This document shows, piece by piece, positions 62,967 through 64,000 of a stretch of 64,000 nucleotides of DNA. Position 1 is the stretch's first letter. Each line of letters starts with the position of its first letter. This DNA is from a virus, in IMG/VR virus record IMGVR_UViG_3300031788_000005, positions 1 through 64,000 of that record. One strand, given 5' to 3'. The notes under the pieces were generated by a model. That model did not search any database. It was not told where the DNA came from and worked only from the letters and a program-made list of their open reading frames with translations. Both the position numbers and the translations under genes were made by a program.

Positions 62967-63433
62967 ATAAAATTACTTTTCTTGTAATGATTCAGAATGA
63001 CCGCATTGTGGACATTTCCAACATCTAACAAGTTTTCCTTCTGAATAATGAGTGTATTCTGTTTTAATATTTTCATCAACAAAATCAACAGACTCACCCA
63101 ATTTTAAATTAATTTTGCAGTATTTACATTTTTTATTTTTCATAAATTTAAAATCTCAACAAAAAGGTTAATTCTTCGCTGAGAATCCAAGGTATATTAC
63201 TACCCTTGAAAACCCCTATGGTGCACTTTAACCATTCCCCTTGCAAAAAGAACAAGCGTTAAGGGTACTAAATCTCTCTAATCCACTCCGTAACTGGAAT
63301 AAATTTTTCACATTTACAATTAGGACATTTTTTAAAAACCTCGTCTAAATTAAAAATCTCAGAACATCCTATGCATTTTTTGAAATTTTGCAATCTTGGT
63401 TTAATTTTGTAATAATCTTTGATTTTCATAAAA

Positions 63434-63508
63434 TGGAGCCAAGCCTCGGTAATGCTCCGAGTTCTCTCGATTACAAGTCGAGTGCATCACTTTGTATGCT
63501 TGCAAGGC
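63434..63508 (-). tRNA. tRNA-Thr(TGT)
   Basis: CTCGA-CTTGTAA-TCGAG; T-loop AGCATTA; TCCA. Confidence 0.85.
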
Positions 63509-63513
63509 GAAAT

Positions 63514-63589
63514 TGGTGCATCCTGTCGGAACTGCCCCGACATCCCATTCCTTAAGAGGGAAGGCTCTATCTCGCTGAGTTAAGGATGC
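63514..63589 (-). tRNA. tRNA-Lys(CTT), second copy
   Basis: TTCC-CTCTTAA-GGAA; T-loop GGCAGTT; ACCA. Confidence 0.85.
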
Positions 63590-63858
63590 AAAATTATTAA
63601 TATATTATTTAATTTCTAAATTATCTAGAACTTCTATTAGTTTAACATCCAAAATTTGGGCATCATCTTCTGTTAGAGAGCGGTCATAAATCAAACCTTT
63701 CGTAGGAGAACCGTATCTCCAATCTTTCCAGTATTTTTTACCATCTCTATCTTGCCAAATTGTTGTTCCACCGTCACGAATTGTATTAATTTTCTTAACC
63801 AAAATTTCTTGCATATTTTTATTATGAATGAAGTTTAGATTTTTGTCAAGGAGAAAAA

Positions 63859-63933
63859 TGGTCCCAGTAGAAGAAATTGCATCTTTAACTCCGAATGACT
63901 TATGAAATCACCGTTCCACTCTGGATTACTGGG
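63859..63933 (-). tRNA. tRNA-Met or Ile2(CAT)
   Basis: TGAT-TTCATAA-GTCA; CCCAGTA/TACTGGG-ACCA. Confidence 0.7.
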
Positions 63934-63938
63934 AAAAA

Positions 63939-64000
63939 TGGTGGACATTTCGTGTTACGCTCACGACTTTCAACTTTTTCAGAGTTGCACTTTCACTAGA
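63939..64000 (-). tRNA. tRNA-Phe(GAA), 5' end beyond window
   Basis: CAACT-CTGAAAA-AGTTG; T-loop AGCGTAA; ACCA. Confidence 0.8.

Noticed and set aside
67-63028. Most + strand ORFs in the track (e.g. 67-483, 3276-3566, 19580-20008, 42899-43246, 62545-63028)
   Set aside because: Antisense shadows of promoter-backed - strand genes or RNA genes; no motifs or start context.
1-64000. Stop-codon reassignment
   Set aside because: Long conserved genes are intact in the standard code, TAA, TGA and TAG all end genes, and no suppressor anticodon was found in the window.
1-64000. CRISPR array or integron attC array suggested by recurring aaagtcaa
   Set aside because: The repeat is only the -35 promoter box; no fixed-length repeats with spacers, no attC palindromes, no cas or integrase genes.

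Overview
AT-rich segment of a large lytic dsDNA bacteriophage genome (T4-like or jumbo-like gene content; no capsid, terminase or polymerase genes in this window). Almost all genes are on the - strand. About 1-38 kb is an early/accessory region of short hypothetical genes, many with a private sigma70-type promoter (TTGAC-N17-TAnnnT) ending 6-7 nt before the ATG, i.e. apparently leaderless mRNAs. Recognisable genes there include an SleB-like hydrolase, a Mesh1-like HD hydrolase, RuvB, an RNA ligase, macrodomain, Nudix, rIIA, rIIB and a GIY-YIG endonuclease. About 38-60 kb carries nucleotide-metabolism and modification genes (dUTPase, dCMP deaminase, DUF5664-like, HAD, ThyX, two glycosyltransferases, two metallophosphoesterases, HNH, papain-like peptidase, SLOG, ATP-grasp). 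60-64 kb is a tRNA cluster that runs off the window edge. The most striking signal is in RNA. There is a compact (~240 nt) RNase P RNA gene (54941-55182, -) with an intact P4 catalytic helix. The tRNAs have a systematically re-paired D/T-loop elbow (A18 with G55 instead of G18 with U55). There are also several CCA-ended or permuted tRNA-like RNAs and about eight end-paired structured ncRNA candidates, two of which flank the RNA ligase gene. All RNA structures were folded by eye and protein calls rest on motif recognition; none were database-checked.
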